From assembly GCA_038496445.1 (NCBI GenBank), contig JALMLS010000322.1, positions 434,001 through 498,000 of the forward strand: a stretch of 64,000 nucleotides of DNA, written 5' to 3'. Position numbers and translations under genes: made by a program. The DNA comes from Trichosphaerium sp. ATCC 40318 (Eukaryota > Protista > Tubulinea). Below, one piece after another: positions 25,001 to 38,603 of the stretch. Position 1 is the stretch's first letter; each line of letters starts with the position of its first letter. A model generated the notes under the pieces. The model ran no database searches, had not been told where the DNA came from, and saw only the letters and a list, made by a program, of their open reading frames with translations.

Positions 25001-28000
25001 TAATCGCTTACACAGTGTATTACGACCTTTTATTCTTCGTAGACTCAAGAGCGAGGTCGAAAAAACTTTACCACCAAAGATTGAGCATCAAATTCGTTGC
25101 AAGTTATCACGACGTCAGAGATATCTTTATGATGAATTTATGGCTAGTGCAACTACTCAGAACACATTATCGGTATACTTTCTTCTTTTCTTTTTTGTTT
25201 GTTGTCTAAGACACTCGTTGTAGGGTGGTGACTATCGTGGGATAGCAAATGTTTTGATGCAACTGAGAAAAGTCTGTAATCATCCCGATCTTTTCGAAGT
25301 TCGACCGATTGTTTCTCCTTTTGATTTCAGCGCTTTGGTGTATAACCCTCCATCTCTTGCTACAAAGTACAAATAGATAACTACAAACCAAACTAATGAA
25401 TTTATTTTCTAGAATTCTTGATAGAGATCCTGTTAATAGCTTAGATTTTGGATTATTTAATTTTGACTTGGTCTCCCTTGGTCGACTGCCTAAACATTCT
25501 TCTATGTGGAAATATATGGATGATGCTACGAATAGTTTAAAGGGTACTGGTAACCAGACAGTTATTAAACTTAAAATATCAGGAAGCGTAAGTGATCTTG
25601 TTATTGTTCAAAGTCTAATACATTTTTTGTTTTAGCAACCTAAAAAGTTTTCTTTGGCTTGGTTTGCTCAACAGAAAAGAGAACGTCTTAGCAAGACAAG
25701 TCGCTCTAATAAGGCTCATCTTGCATATGTTAATAGCGTTGTATCTAGACAACGTCCTGTTATTGGTAGTGACACAGTTCAAGCTGTGTCTATAGAGATG
25801 CAAGACTCTTGCTCTATTTTTGATAAGATTAGGTAACTTTTTTTCCCCCGTTTTGTTTTTATTTACCTCCAATACACTCTTACTTTGGCTTTTAGAAATG
25901 TTCATCGCGGTTTCGAGTATGCTACTGGATATGGTTCTCTTATAAATATAATAAAAACATTGAGACAGAGATCAGAGACAATGGATGAATACATTAAATT
26001 GTTCGTTTTGTTTAAAGGTGTACTATTACTTACCTGTTTATCAAGGTTTGCTTGTTATATACCAAGCGCGAGAGCGCCGCCAATACAATTACATGTATCT
26101 CATCCAAATCCGTCCACTGTACATAACATTAAACGGTATGTCAAGGAGTGCTTTCAATAGTAATTTTTTAACATTTTTTTGCAGGGCGAGATTTGACTTG
26201 GCCCAAAGTTTCAAACCAGCGGCTGATATTTTCCATACGAGCCACATTCGCTCTCAAGTTTATTTTCCCGATAAACGACTTGTACAATATGATTGCGGGA
26301 AGTTGCAGGAGCTAGCAAGCCTGCTAAGGTAGCTTACTTTTTTTTGCTTTTCTTCATCTTTCTTAAATGACTTAATTAACTTTTTCTTTTAAGGCGTCTC
26401 AAGAGAGGTGATCACAGATGCATTATTTTTACACAAATGTCCAAAATGTTGAACATTGTTGAGATTTTTCTTAATCTCCATGGTCATACTTACCTCCGTT
26501 TGGATGGTACTACCAACCCAGAGAAGAGACAAATGCTTGTTGAGAGATTTAACTCTGATAAGCGTATCTTTTTATTTATGTGCTCAACAAGAAGTGGTGG
26601 TGTCGGTATTAACCTTACTGGTGCTGATACTGTAATTTTCTATGATACAGATTGGAATCCTGCTATGGATGCTCAGGTACAACTCCACAAAACCTTTTTT
26701 TTTTTTTTTGTTTTTCTTTTAATTGTTAATTGTCGTTCCTAGGCTCAAGATCGTGCTCACCGTATTGGTCAGAAGAGACAAGTTCATATATACCGTCTTA
26801 TTAGCGAGAGAACAATTGAGGAGAATATTCTCAAGAAGGCTCGCAGGAAACAATTGCTTGATCGTCTTGTCATAAAGAAAGGTAATTTTACAAAGATGGA
26901 AGATAATAAGAAAGTCAGTATCAAAGAACTCGTCACCGAAAAGGCGTACGTAACATTTTTATGTGAATACTGGTTTGTACTTACATTATTTTTACAGTGA
27001 GGCAATGGATATCAAGTATGAAACTGTTGAACAAGCTGTGGCTGACCCAGTTGTACGAATCAAATTTTTTTGTTTTCTATTTTTCTTCCTTCAAGTTGTT
27101 TAATTAATTATTGTAATAGGATGATGACGAAGAAGCTTTCCAGAAGGCTTTACTTCTCGCTGAAGATGAGACTGACGCTAAAGGTTTGTTTCTTTTTGTA
27201 GGATTGTTTTCTGACTTGAGAATAGTTCGTGAGCAATTAGAGCGTGAGAAACACGAGGCTATGGAAGAGTTTGAAGAAGATGGTCATGATGGCTCTAAAG
27301 TTGAAGGTGTTATGTTGGAGGAATTAAAGGCTAAAGAAAGTGAAGTACTTAAGCCTCAATTGATCGAAGACCAGAACATTGCATCTGCACTTACTGCTGT
27401 GCATAGGTACGTTTCATACTTCATCTTCTACTTTTATAATGAGTCCTAATATAATATAGATATGCGTTGTACTTTGTGGAAGAAGTTAATCCTATCATTG
27501 ATCCAAACTTTGTAAAGCAACGTGAACAACAACTTGATACCCGTGAAAAGGATTGGGATATTGAAGCTCGAAAACGCTTGCATGCAGACGTTAAGAAGCG
27601 GTAAGATTACCTAATGGTTTTGTTTTGGTGATTGAGTGAGTCTAATATTGTTAACAGTGGTCTTGTTGTTGATGATGGCGAAGTACCTTCTCAGCTTACC
27701 TATGAATTGGGTGAAGATGGCAACGCTGGAGCCAAGAAACGTGCTGAAGGTACGCTTCTTATTCTTTTCTTCTTTTTCTTTTTTTTTTGTAAGCATGGAG
27801 ACAGTGTGCCGGTTATTGGCGTACAAGCACCGCGTTTGAAGGGAACTGGCACGAAAAAAAGTAACAAAAGTTTTTTTTCTTTTGGGAATTAGAAATTTAC
27901 ACTTTTGGGTTTTTATTTCTGCATAACTTTTTACTTTTCTTCCTGCTTTTCCATATTTTGGGTGTCACCTGTGGCTTCTTAGTATGGGATTTCAATGTCA

Positions 28001-31000
28001 TTGTTTGTGACTCTTTCCCAAATGTTGTGCGCCAGTTTCCCGGCAACCATTGCACTGTTCTCGGTTTTTTCTTTGCTTGCTTAATTAATCTATTTTATCA
28101 TCTTTTTTTATTGTTACTCGTATCACAACGCCCAACCAATTGTTTTCTATCTACAGCGAAAAGCAAGAAAAAACGTGCCAGTGCCAAACGGGGAACGAAA
28201 CGAAAAAGGCCTAGCCGTAATAAGTAGTCACACAAAAAACAAACCACAATGACATTGTATATCTGTAAACTAAGTTGTACACCATCCCAATATTACGCTT
28301 ATGGGTTTTTGCGCGGTGCTAGCTGTTCTCCAGTCGCTTTAATACATTTAAGCCAGAGCCTCTTTTGTATAGTTTTGCAATTGGACGGAAAGAAGAAAAG
28401 AGCAAATAATGGAATTTTCGTTTCTCGCTCTCCTCCTTCTGTTTACTGTTACTCTGTTGTTTATCGGATAATTTCCTTATTTTAATAATGTAGAACTTAC
28501 TGGTATGCCTGTGTATTGTATGCCAGCTTTCGATCAGGACGAGCTCTATAAGCCTCCTTGGCAAGGTACATAAGTTTAATACGTCAGAAATAGACAAGAA
28601 ATAACATTTGTGCAGACATTAGTTATTTCCCCAAGATGTTGGGTGTACCTTGGTATGACCCTTATGATATGCCCCTTATTGAGGAGAACTCAGCAGATCA
28701 AGAGACTGATGAAGATCCAAGTGAGGAAGAAGTATCACCACCTCCTGTCGTGGAAGAACAAAAAGAAACAAAAGGTTACAAGATGCTCTTTTGATTTGAC
28801 CGCTCTAACTGTAAGTATCATAGAGACACCGCCCAAACCTGTGAAACCAGTAAAACCAAAGAAAAAAAAGGCTGCTAACGGCACACGTAAAAAACGAAAG
28901 GTATGCTGTCGGTTGTTTTCCTCTTTTCGTTTTGACTATGAAAAACTAAGAAAGTTGTAGGAAACGGTTAAAGCTGCGCCAAAGAAAAAGCGGGCAGCAC
29001 CAAAGAAACGTACAGTTAGCAAGAAGGTTTCTAAGGTATTTCTAGTATTTTATTAAATCTAGACGTATTGACAAGCTTGTAGAAGGCCGAGAAAAAGGCA
29101 GTAAAAAAGAAAGTTGAAAAAAAGAAGGTTGAAAAAAAGCCAGAAAAGAAGGCAGAAAAGAAGGTTGATAAGAAGGTTGACAAGAAGATCGAGAAGAGGG
29201 CTGATAAAAAGAAGGTTGATAAGATCAAGAAAGCCGAAAAGAAACCTGCAAACAAACCTCAAAAGGTTGAAAAAAAGGCCGAAAAGAAGGTTGATAAGAA
29301 ACGTAAGCGGCAGCCGGACAAAACAGAGAATACTAGTCCGCCAAAAAAGCTCAGGTACAACCACTTTTTTTTTTAATTATATTGGCTGAAAATCGTTGGT
29401 TTTGGGAGTAGTAGTGATTGAGGTCATATTTTTGAAGGTTTGAGTGTCTTGAGGCGTTATTAGCGAAAAAGTCAACGTGTTTAAATCGTGAGTTCAGCTA
29501 AATTTTGGTTAAAATCTTTGTTGAATAGCGAACTCAGGCAACACAGCAACATGCCTAAAGCAACAGCGCCTTCTAAAAACAGGGCGGAACACCTAGCAGG
29601 TGTTGTAAAGCGCTTGAAGCGAGACCTTGAGTTTCGTAAAAGCATGCTCTTAAACAATGATAAAGAGTTTTTCTCCTTCCCTAAAGTATCTCTCAACCAT
29701 CCCATGCAGATTTTAAACAAAATGTTCGTGCAAATTAACACAAACGCCAACCCCTTTCATAAACACTACAAAAAATTGTTTTATACGCTCGCGAGGAAGT
29801 AAATAGCGTCAATCACTGATTTCCAAACTTTTAAACACCATCAACTTTTGAAACCAGAAACGACCGTCATTGGCTAATATACTATCATAGGATAAAAGTA
29901 ACCAACACTGCCGACGCGAAAGTATCTGATGACCCTACAATAAGAGGAATACCAGCTTGGACACCAGAGGAGGATAGAACAATAGTTGAGGTACGCAAAA
30001 ACAAAGAGGGACGAAGCTAAACGTTCTCGCGTTTTGATTCAAAAAATTTCTACGATAGCGTAGAAATCACAGCACCTCGTTTTTTTGAGTGGTTTGGCGT
30101 GCGTTCTACTCACATATTTTTTTTGTAGTCTGTAAAACGTTATGGCAAAAACTTCGCGCTGATAACAGATATTGTCAATCTCCTTTCTCCTTGGTATGCA
30201 AGGAGTGTATCACATGTAATGAATAGATGGAATTGGGTATTAGAACCAAGGTTATTGGGTAGACCAACACGAGACAAGTACGAATTTCTATAAAACTCCA
30301 AAAAAAAAACTGTCGAGTTGTTTTCTTGGTTGTTCTCAGTTTTACTGATTTTTTTCTTTTTCAATAGGTCAAAGACTTACACGCCAAATACCAAACCTTT
30401 GGTTGCTATTGTAAAAAAGTATAAAGAATGTACGTGTTTTGTGTTTTTGTAGAGTCCACACGTTAGAAATTCGAAGGCTTATTTACTATTTAGCTTCTCC
30501 TTCCTTTGATAAGATACCACAATCCCGTGATAGAGTTTCAGCTGGTTCTACACTCATAGAGGCTCAGAAACGCGTAAGTTCTTTTTGTTTATAATTACGC
30601 TGGGACTTTTATTGACTTTTGTTGTTTTTAACAGGCGAATATACCTATTGTACCAGAGCATTCTATGCAAGCTATATCACCTCCACGACGAAATGTTGTC
30701 AGTGCTATACACCCTATCAATCCAAACATTATGATTAAACGCCAAAGACGCAGTGCCCGATTACAGAATAAGGCAAAAGCTCAAGCTGCTGCTATTGGTG
30801 ATGTAAAGATTAATGGCATGCTCACACGTCCAAATATGGGCATGCGTGGCAACAGGCTCTCACCAAACGCACAAAACCAAGCATCAGCTGCTTCAGCACG
30901 TACTATGCCATCGGTACGTACTACATTACATTTTTGTTGCGTGGAGGGTGTACTAATGATTTAATGATAGGTTGCTTCGAAAGGTTTTGCAATGCCATCC

Positions 31001-32039
31001 CGTACACAAACCGCAAGACGTACGATGACCTATTTATTCTCAGGATTTTTTTTCTCCTAACTTTTGTCATTAGCAGTCCAAGGAAGACCAGGATTTGGTG
31101 GAAATCAACGTCACATGGTGACACGTGGTAATGCTGCCGCTGCAATGACTCGTGGAATGAACAACACTAATATGCACGGCACAAGAAGCGCATCTGCAGC
31201 ACGTGCTGGTATAACAAACATGGGTCGTCCAGTGAACTCTGCAGCATCAGCAAATGCGGGTGTACCATCTATGACCACAAGAACAGCAAGTCTACACCGT
31301 GGTATGCCACCTAGCACAGCTGCCAACCCATCAACACCTCATGGTGTTGTCTTGACCCGAGGCAATGCACAGAATCCTGGTTTGGGTGGACAACCGCGTA
31401 TGCGTGGTACAATGGGTGGTATGACCGGTATCAAGGTGCAACCAGCTGTTCCAGTAACAGGAACAAGAGCTAGAGGCGTTATGAACAACTCAGCCCCAAT
31501 ACAACGTCGTGGAAATCCACACGCTACACAACAACGTGCACTTTCTCCTCGTGGTATGCAACTCTCTCCAATGGCTGTTGCGTCACCTGTATCACCTCTT
31601 GGTTATCCTACATCACCACGGAACGTGCCTTCACCTCATGGCATGCAGATGTCCCCTCGTGGTGCACCTTCCCCAGGATTCTCTCCAAATGTAAGCAGTT
31701 GTTTTTTTTGTTTTCTACTTTTTTGAAAATTGTTTGCTTCCTTTACACTTGAACGAAGGCTTATACTGTACATAGCATCAACATCCACACATGACACGGA
31801 ATACAACGAACCGTATGGGCGTTCGTCAATCTCCTGGCGTGGACCCTAATGGCGGTAACTCTTGGACTGTTCGCACTGCTCCAGCAGGTGCTAACACACG
31901 AGGCTCTATGCCTGTCACAATGCCTGTTGGTCATATGAATACAAACATGCATGGCGTTCAGCCAATGGATATTGATCCGAATACAAATGGTGTTGGACGG
32001 AGAAATGATGGCGCTCAAGGTTTCCCAGATAGGTTTTGA
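22052..32039 (+). CDS. SWR1: SWR1/Domino/p400/PIE1-type SNF2 chromatin-remodelling ATPase (HSA, split ATPase, SANT/Myb-like domain, low-complexity tail)
   Basis: HSA region ([27 protein letters not shown]), [117 protein letters not shown], and a later [28 protein letters not shown] at 32037-32039. Confidence 0.93.
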
Positions 32040-32960
32040 TAAACTGGACAACAATAACAAAAAATAAGCCAAAAAACGCGTGACCAGGTCCACCACCTGT
32101 CTTTTTTCGTTCGCGTAATAGGCGTTACCTTCTTTGGTTTTAATTTCGCCAAAGAAGCCGAATATGGGTCAGATATCTTTCCCTTCCCTTTAAGACTTTG
32201 TGGAAACTCTTAGTGTATCTCTTCTCTGCTCCTCCTCTTCACCTGGTATTCATTTCCTTCATTTTATATTATTGCGTTCTCATGTACATATTTTTTCAAA
32301 AAAGAAAGGAGACAACACAAAAGAAGTTATACACATTTAACAACAATGTCACACAACACAAAAAAATTCCGTGTAACTTTACATAACTGTAGAAAATGTA
32401 AATATTTCCTTGTAATTAATTAAAACAAATTATTATCATTCCTTGTTGTTATGGTTTGTTTCTTTTGAAGTACATTTTTGATAACCGGCTATCAAGCAAA
32501 TCCCGTTTTTCAAAATGCTGTAATAGTACCTGTAGAAGTTCATTGTAGTTGTTCCTCATAGGTTTACGAGCGTAAACTGCCTGGTCTACAAATGTAGAAA
32601 ATAGATGCTACAAAATGAGACCGTTAAGTGAAACTTAACTTTTTTATCAAGCAATGAACAGTTTTGTAGGGTAAACACGAAGACAATATTTTTTCCCTTT
32701 AAATCACCACCCACATACCCAAAAAAGGGAGAAAAGGTGTTTTTTGCAACAACAAAGTAAAAAAAATGACAACCCATACCAATTTAAATAAAGTGATAAA
32801 TCACGTGTTGAACCAACATTGCAAGAATAAAGATAATCACCAAGGACACTGAGAGTTGTGTAAGCGTTCGCTGTAGTTTAAATGTTAAACTTGAAGAAGC
32901 TTATCAATTTTACTTTCATGAGATTTTCTGGTTTTTTCCTCAATATTGGTGTAAAAGTTC

Positions 32961-33979
32961 ATGGCGTCTCTTCTTTGCGACTTGCCTACTGAACTTCTTT
33001 TGTACATCATAGAGTCTATTAAAGAGGATTTAGATCTAAAATCACTGTCATCGCTACGTCTAGTCTCTAATACGTTAAAAGTGGCTACCGAAGGTAACGT
33101 TTGTTTGTTTGTAACTAATATCATACGAAAACCGTTGTTTATTTCCAAACAGATGTTTGGGCGATACCCAAGGATATAAACTATCTCCCTACCTATTTAA
33201 ATTTACTCGAGAACGCCAAGAAATGGATACAATTGGATAATAAAAAAATACATAGTGGGCTTTCTGAAATTGAAACACTTCTGGACGACAGCTATGGCAT
33301 GGGTGGTACGCATAGTAACTGCTATTCAGCATCCATATTTGATCAAGCGGACAGTTACCCGTCTTCTCTAAAACGTGCTTTAATGGACCGTTTAAGATAA
33401 AGAAAATAACAGACTTGATTGAACCAGCGTATTGTTACATGTGAAATTATTGACATTGCTTTTTTCTTCTGTAGAGGCTGAGCTTGTTTGTTTTCAATTG
33501 CCTGAATCTCTTGTTAAAGATAATGAAGAGTATAAGTGTTACTACGAATCAAAAGTAGCTATTTTCAAAGGAACAAAAGAGTATGAAGAAGACCTGGTTG
33601 AACATCTTGGTTGGGGTACGAGCAAGAACAAAAGACTTAATTTTTTTTCCTTCTGCCAGCTACATTAACAAAATCTATTTTTAGACAACATAGTGGACAA
33701 GGATGACCTGGAAAAGTTAAAGTCCAGAGTATCAGAAGATATTCAAAAAACGTGGGGTGTGTTCGAGAGAATCTCTGTTCTATTTCGCTTGACACACGCG
33801 ACACAACTTTGTCTTTTTTATTTTGTACTTATAAAACAATAGGAAAAAACAACTTTTTCAGTCTGAGTGCTGAAGACTTTATCGGTCTTGAAGAACATGA
33901 TGGAAATTTTAAACAATTTTTTATGGCATATAAAAAGGAAAAGGTGTACGTATTCATGCTGGTTGGTACCACAGATTAG
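32961..33979 (+). CDS. F-box-like domain protein (spliced)
   Basis: N-terminal LCDLPTELLLYIIESI...SLSSLRLVSNTL F-box pattern; downstream exons run to ...FMLVGTTD*. Confidence 0.65.
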
Positions 33980-35756
33980 CTTCAGAGAAAACAAACAATA
34001 TGTACTAATAGTTACTATACATCAACCACTATTGAATATCATTCATAATGTTTCCTTCCAATATGTTCCTACTGTACGTTGTTGTACTATTCTCTACAAC
34101 ATCTTGGCTGAGTAATTATTATCGCAACTGTCTTGCAATAACGTTAAAGTTGCGGAAGCTGTAAGGTACTCCATGAGATATGTTTTGAAAGGCGTCTGCA
34201 ATAGAACTCAGATTAAAAACCAAGAAACACGTGTAAAGTATTATTTTTAGACAATGATTGTTTATTGCTCAAATACTTCATTTACGCATATAAATCGCCA
34301 TATAATGTAGTTTAAGCAGTTTTTATTGCTTTTATCCCTTTTTATACGAGTGCCACATTTTGTGGCATTTAAATGGTACAGCACACCTTAGCACTACTGT
34401 TTACATCCGCCTAGTACAAAACTAGCTCGTAGAATAGATTGCATAAACTTAACATTTCCTTTGACTGGTGTTTTTGAAAAGCAGTGGCTAAGTACTAACC
34501 TGGTTTTGATTCCAGAATTTTTTTGATAAGTTGCTTACAAGGCAAGTGTTGCAAAATAAGCTGTTGAGGCACTTGGTATTTCTTATTTGAAACAAAACAC
34601 TAATAACAAATAAACAAGCAAGTTCATTAATTTTTGTATTGAGCTGTAAACGGATTTAACCATAGAGTCCATCTCATTATGTCTCAAGCTTGAATGAGAC
34701 ATACATTTATACAACATTGTTTGGTTCATCAAGCAGATGGTGATAACTTGACAGTAGATGAGCTCTGACCTTTAGTATTGTTTGTATACACTTCATTCTG
34801 GGTCCATTAAGGGTGGGCACTCATTTAACTCCGTTCTACCTGACGCTTATGTTTTTAGGCATACGGTATGATTGGGGTTTTCTTACTGTTTGTTAGTGCT
34901 GGCAAAATAGCCTAATACTCTTAATTGGTAATAAAGCAGAGGCAATGAGTGAAGCTCAAAAAGCAATAAAAGCTGTTAGCAAGAAAGCCACTGTTACAGA
35001 AACCTTTCGCGAAAAGTTGTACCTTGCGATCTCTCTATCTTGCTCTAGAGCCCGCTTATCGCTCTTTAGATTCATGCGCTCTTGTTGATCTACAATAACA
35101 GATTGGAGGAGCGAATACGGCTTGCTCAGGTTCGATCCCCTGGATCATGTAGCCAGAGACCCTTTCGATTTATTAGAGTTAATCTTTGTACATATTGTGC
35201 ATTACAACCAAAGTACCCAAATAAACTGTGAACATGATAGTTTTCACTAGTTTCACTAGTTTCTGTGACAGCCGCTTGTGTAAGGTCTTTTCTTCAGTCA
35301 AAACTCTTGAAAGCGCTGTAGCAAAAGGAAACTTATCATATTTTGCTTAATTTATCTATTTTGATAAATTATTTATCAAGGCTACTTTGGTTGAACCGCA
35401 CAATATGTACAACAAATTACATAAATCAATTGAGGCAATCAATCAACACAATGCCGTTGTATAGGACTGCTACTTGTTGGTGTTGTTTTACGATTCTACT
35501 GTACTTTCACAACTACCTCTCACTTATCAAACGCTAGCAAAATAACTTATTTATACTGTTTTAAGTTACAATTGTAACTACTATTTTTCTTTTTATTGCA
35601 GTAATACTACAGCATATTGAACAGGATAAAAGTATTGAAAAGTATTTATAGATTGAACATGCTCAAGAGTAATGACAGGAGGCTACAATACCAGAAAAAA
35701 AAAGTACTAAACAGTTTTTTACCGAAAAACAAACCAACCGAAAAGTCCTTTATTTT

Positions 35757-36499
35757 TTAATGACCTTGAAACAATGCTCTACGCTTTGATGAGCTACTAC
35801 GTTGAACTGGCCTACAAGTGTTTGGATCTGGCAATGGAAAGTTGATTATGGCATCAAACTCTGAAAAAGCAGCAAATGGAAGAACGGGAAGATCAACCCC
35901 TTGAGAAAAAAAACCTGTAAACAACAGAAACAGTGGCAGTATAAAGTATTAAAACCCCTCACATGATAATGTTGGTATTAGGGACATCAATAGATACAGT
36001 ACCATCAATTGGTGATGCAACAGTTGATCCTATGAATGATAGAGTTAGCAACATTCCAAGTATTTTTTGTTTTTTGAGGTACCGACTACTGAGGCTGAGT
36101 CAAAAGTACAAACTAATCTTGTTAGTGAAGGAAAAGATCCAGGCTCCAAAACAATCTTGATGTTGATGCTTGTAGAATCAATATCAACAGTAAAGGTGGT
36201 CCGTTGCTCTAAAATGTCCTCCAAAAACCGAGTATACTCAACATCACCAGATTGCGGCGAATCAGCGTCAACTACAATGAAACCTGGAAAGGCTGGGCCT
36301 GCAGTAGCAGGCAACGAGAAAAGAGGTACATTTAAGGGTAGAGCAAAGAGCTGGCAATTGCCAGTATCGCCTTCTCCTGTAGTACATTATTTGTGTAATA
36401 TTGTTTAACTTGCGTTAGTTTCAACAAGTACGTACTAACTTGAGCAGCTACTGGAAGTGCTGTCGAAATGACCAATAAAAGTAGAGGTATGAGGTGCAT
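35757..36499 (-). CDS. Secreted variable-loop protein family, copy A (4 exons; last exon out of frame by +1 at A8 run 35906-35913)
   Basis: MHLIPLLLLVISTALPVAAQ signal; GEGDTGNCQL...GPAFPGFIVVDADS...GDVEY...TFTVDIDSTSINIKIV...TRLVCTF...SSKRRALFQGH*. Confidence 0.7.
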
Positions 36500-36832
36500 T
36501 CTTTTGCGTTGTAGTACGAAACTAAGATATTGAATGACATACAATACCGTCTTTCTTTGAGTTATGTCATGTGCACTGACTGCCAAAAAAATTTCTATTT
36601 ACATAAGACCACAGCGATACACCTTGAACGTAGACTGTGTAGGTCACACAATAAGAACTACTGTATACACTCTTGTATTTGAAGACTGTACATCCGCGTT
36701 TTGTTATTACGCTACCACAAATAATATTCTGTGTTGAAGAGGGCGCACATGCTCCCTACTCGATTAATCGGTTTTTGAGCCTTAAATAAGAATGTAGCTC
36801 AAAAAAATGAATACACCTTTCACGGTAAAGTT

Positions 36833-37082
36833 ATGTCTGTATATTCCATAGAATTCCAGGCGTTTGAGGAACTTTGCTGACCGACCAAATTTAAGGATTA
36901 TCATAGCATGACAAGCACAGAAACATTGATGGCAAGCAACGATCACCCCCTTCCCCGCCCAATCAAAGGCGAAGGAAGAGATAAACACTTACTCGTGTGT
37001 TGCGTTAGAGCCACCGAGACGTTAGTCTTCCTCCAAACCGGTCCTGTTCTCTCTGTTGTTCACAAAAGCCTTTTCATCTAAC
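36833..37082. repeat. Non-coding segment duplicated at 38440-38568 plus 39472-39575, where it is split by the tandem array
   Basis: gaattccaggcgtttgaggaactttgctgacc, atggcaagcaacgatcacccc and ataaacacttactcgtgtgttgcgttagagccaccgagacgttagtcttcctccaaacc each occur twice. Confidence 0.8.
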
Positions 37083-37858
37083 TTGAAATAAGAATTAGGA
37101 TTTCGAACTAAAATAGATTCATTCCTTTTTGAAGTCGAGCAGAACTCGTGAAAGCTACGTGTTTGATTCATCACTAGATAGCAATAAATAAAAACAGTAG
37201 CAAGTAAAAGTGTTTATTTCATAGTTTGCTACAGCGCACTGCCAAGTCTAAACTAAGCTCAATGGTTATTGCCATTAATAGCGTCTTTCTCTAGGATATA
37301 GCCTATATCTGCCCATACTCCGTACTAATGATTAACACTTACTGTACAGGTTCTGGTGACCTGATTGGGGCTATACAAGTGAATTCACGGTCACTGCAAA
37401 CTAGTATGGTACATTTTCTCCTTTTTTTTCTAATTTTGTTGACCATCTTTGAAATACCATCTTAAACTCTAGGCCATTGCTACCCATCATTAACGTACCA
37501 GAATCAAATCAAATTTTATAAACTCAGCACTATTTTGTAATATGAAAGGTGGCTACCTTGCTGTTATTTCGTCGTCAGAAGAGAACACTTTGTTAAAGCA
37601 ATAATATTTTTTTTAGCTTAGTTTGTACTACTTTTAATTTGAGTTACGGGAGTCTAACCCTCTTCTTAACCTTTTGTAATACCCTAATAGAACATTCTTA
37701 TACGGGCATTTGAATGAAATGCTTGACACTTACATGACAAAATAAGTGAGATATTATACTATAGTCGCGATACACTAGATTGCAAAGGATGGCAACATTA
37801 ACTAAAAGTCTCTTTATTCATGGTACATCACATAAAGCACCCACATCTGCACAATTGC

Positions 37859-38253
37859 TTATTTGCATTCATAGCGGCTTACATCTGAACTATGTCCAAC
37901 TTTCATAACACCGTGGTAATGATTACATCTTTCTGCGCTAGGTGTTCTCTTATTGCATCGTCTACACTTTCTCTTGCCTGATATGCTAGTGTACTATGGC
38001 GTATGTAAGTGAGAAAGATTACCTTTACTCATTTCTAAATACGTACTGATACGTAATCGCTGTCTGGGCACGTTCCCCATCTATCAGCACAGAAAGTTCC
38101 ACTATTGCCAATATCCTTTGTGTAGAGTTTTGAGCACCATTGGCCGGCGCATGCTTCTTCCTCTTCTTCGTTTCCTGTTACCGAAGTTGCGAATAAAAAA
38201 ACTACAAAGAGAACGGCCAGGGAGAGTGTAGGTATCGATGAAAAGGTGTTCAT
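37859..38253 (-). CDS. Small secreted cysteine-rich peptide (8 Cys), 2 exons
   Basis: MNTFSSIPTLSLAVLFVVFLFATSVTG-NEEEEEACAGQWCSKLYTKDIGNSGTFCADRWGTCPDSDYVS|YTSISGKRKCRRCNKRTPSAERCNHYHGVMKVGHSSDVSRYECK*. Confidence 0.72.
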
Positions 38254-38603
38254 GTTGGGTGAATTCAAATATTTAGGAAAACTGTTGCGAGTTTTCTTCG
38301 TTTTTCTAGAGTTTGTCCGATGAATCCCCGATTTCACATAACAAGGCCGCTGCGTTTTGTACAGTATACATGATAACATTAGTCAGCTTCTTAAACGTAG
38401 TGGTTTCTAAACACCAAAACGGTTCAGTTAATCCACACTATGTCTGTATATTCTCACGAATTCCAGGCGTTTGAGGAACTTTGCTGACCAACCTCACAAT
38501 CCTTAGATTACCAGATACTGGCAAGCACAGATAACTGATGGCAAGCAACGATCACCCCTTCCCCACCCAGAATGCCTTGGTATACTAAATAAATAACCCT
38601 GAT

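Noticed and set aside
29031-29364. Hydrophobic minus-strand ORFs (FFSAF/LLF repeats)
   Set aside because: Antisense shadows of the Lys-rich SWR1 exon.
35105-35150. tRNA-like GGTTCGATCCC
   Set aside because: No acceptor, D or anticodon stems could be formed around it.
34900-35160. Minus-strand fragment resembling a GPCR loop/TM6 (RKVSVTVAFLLTAFIAF*)
   Set aside because: Short, interrupted by a stop, and no coherent exon chain found.
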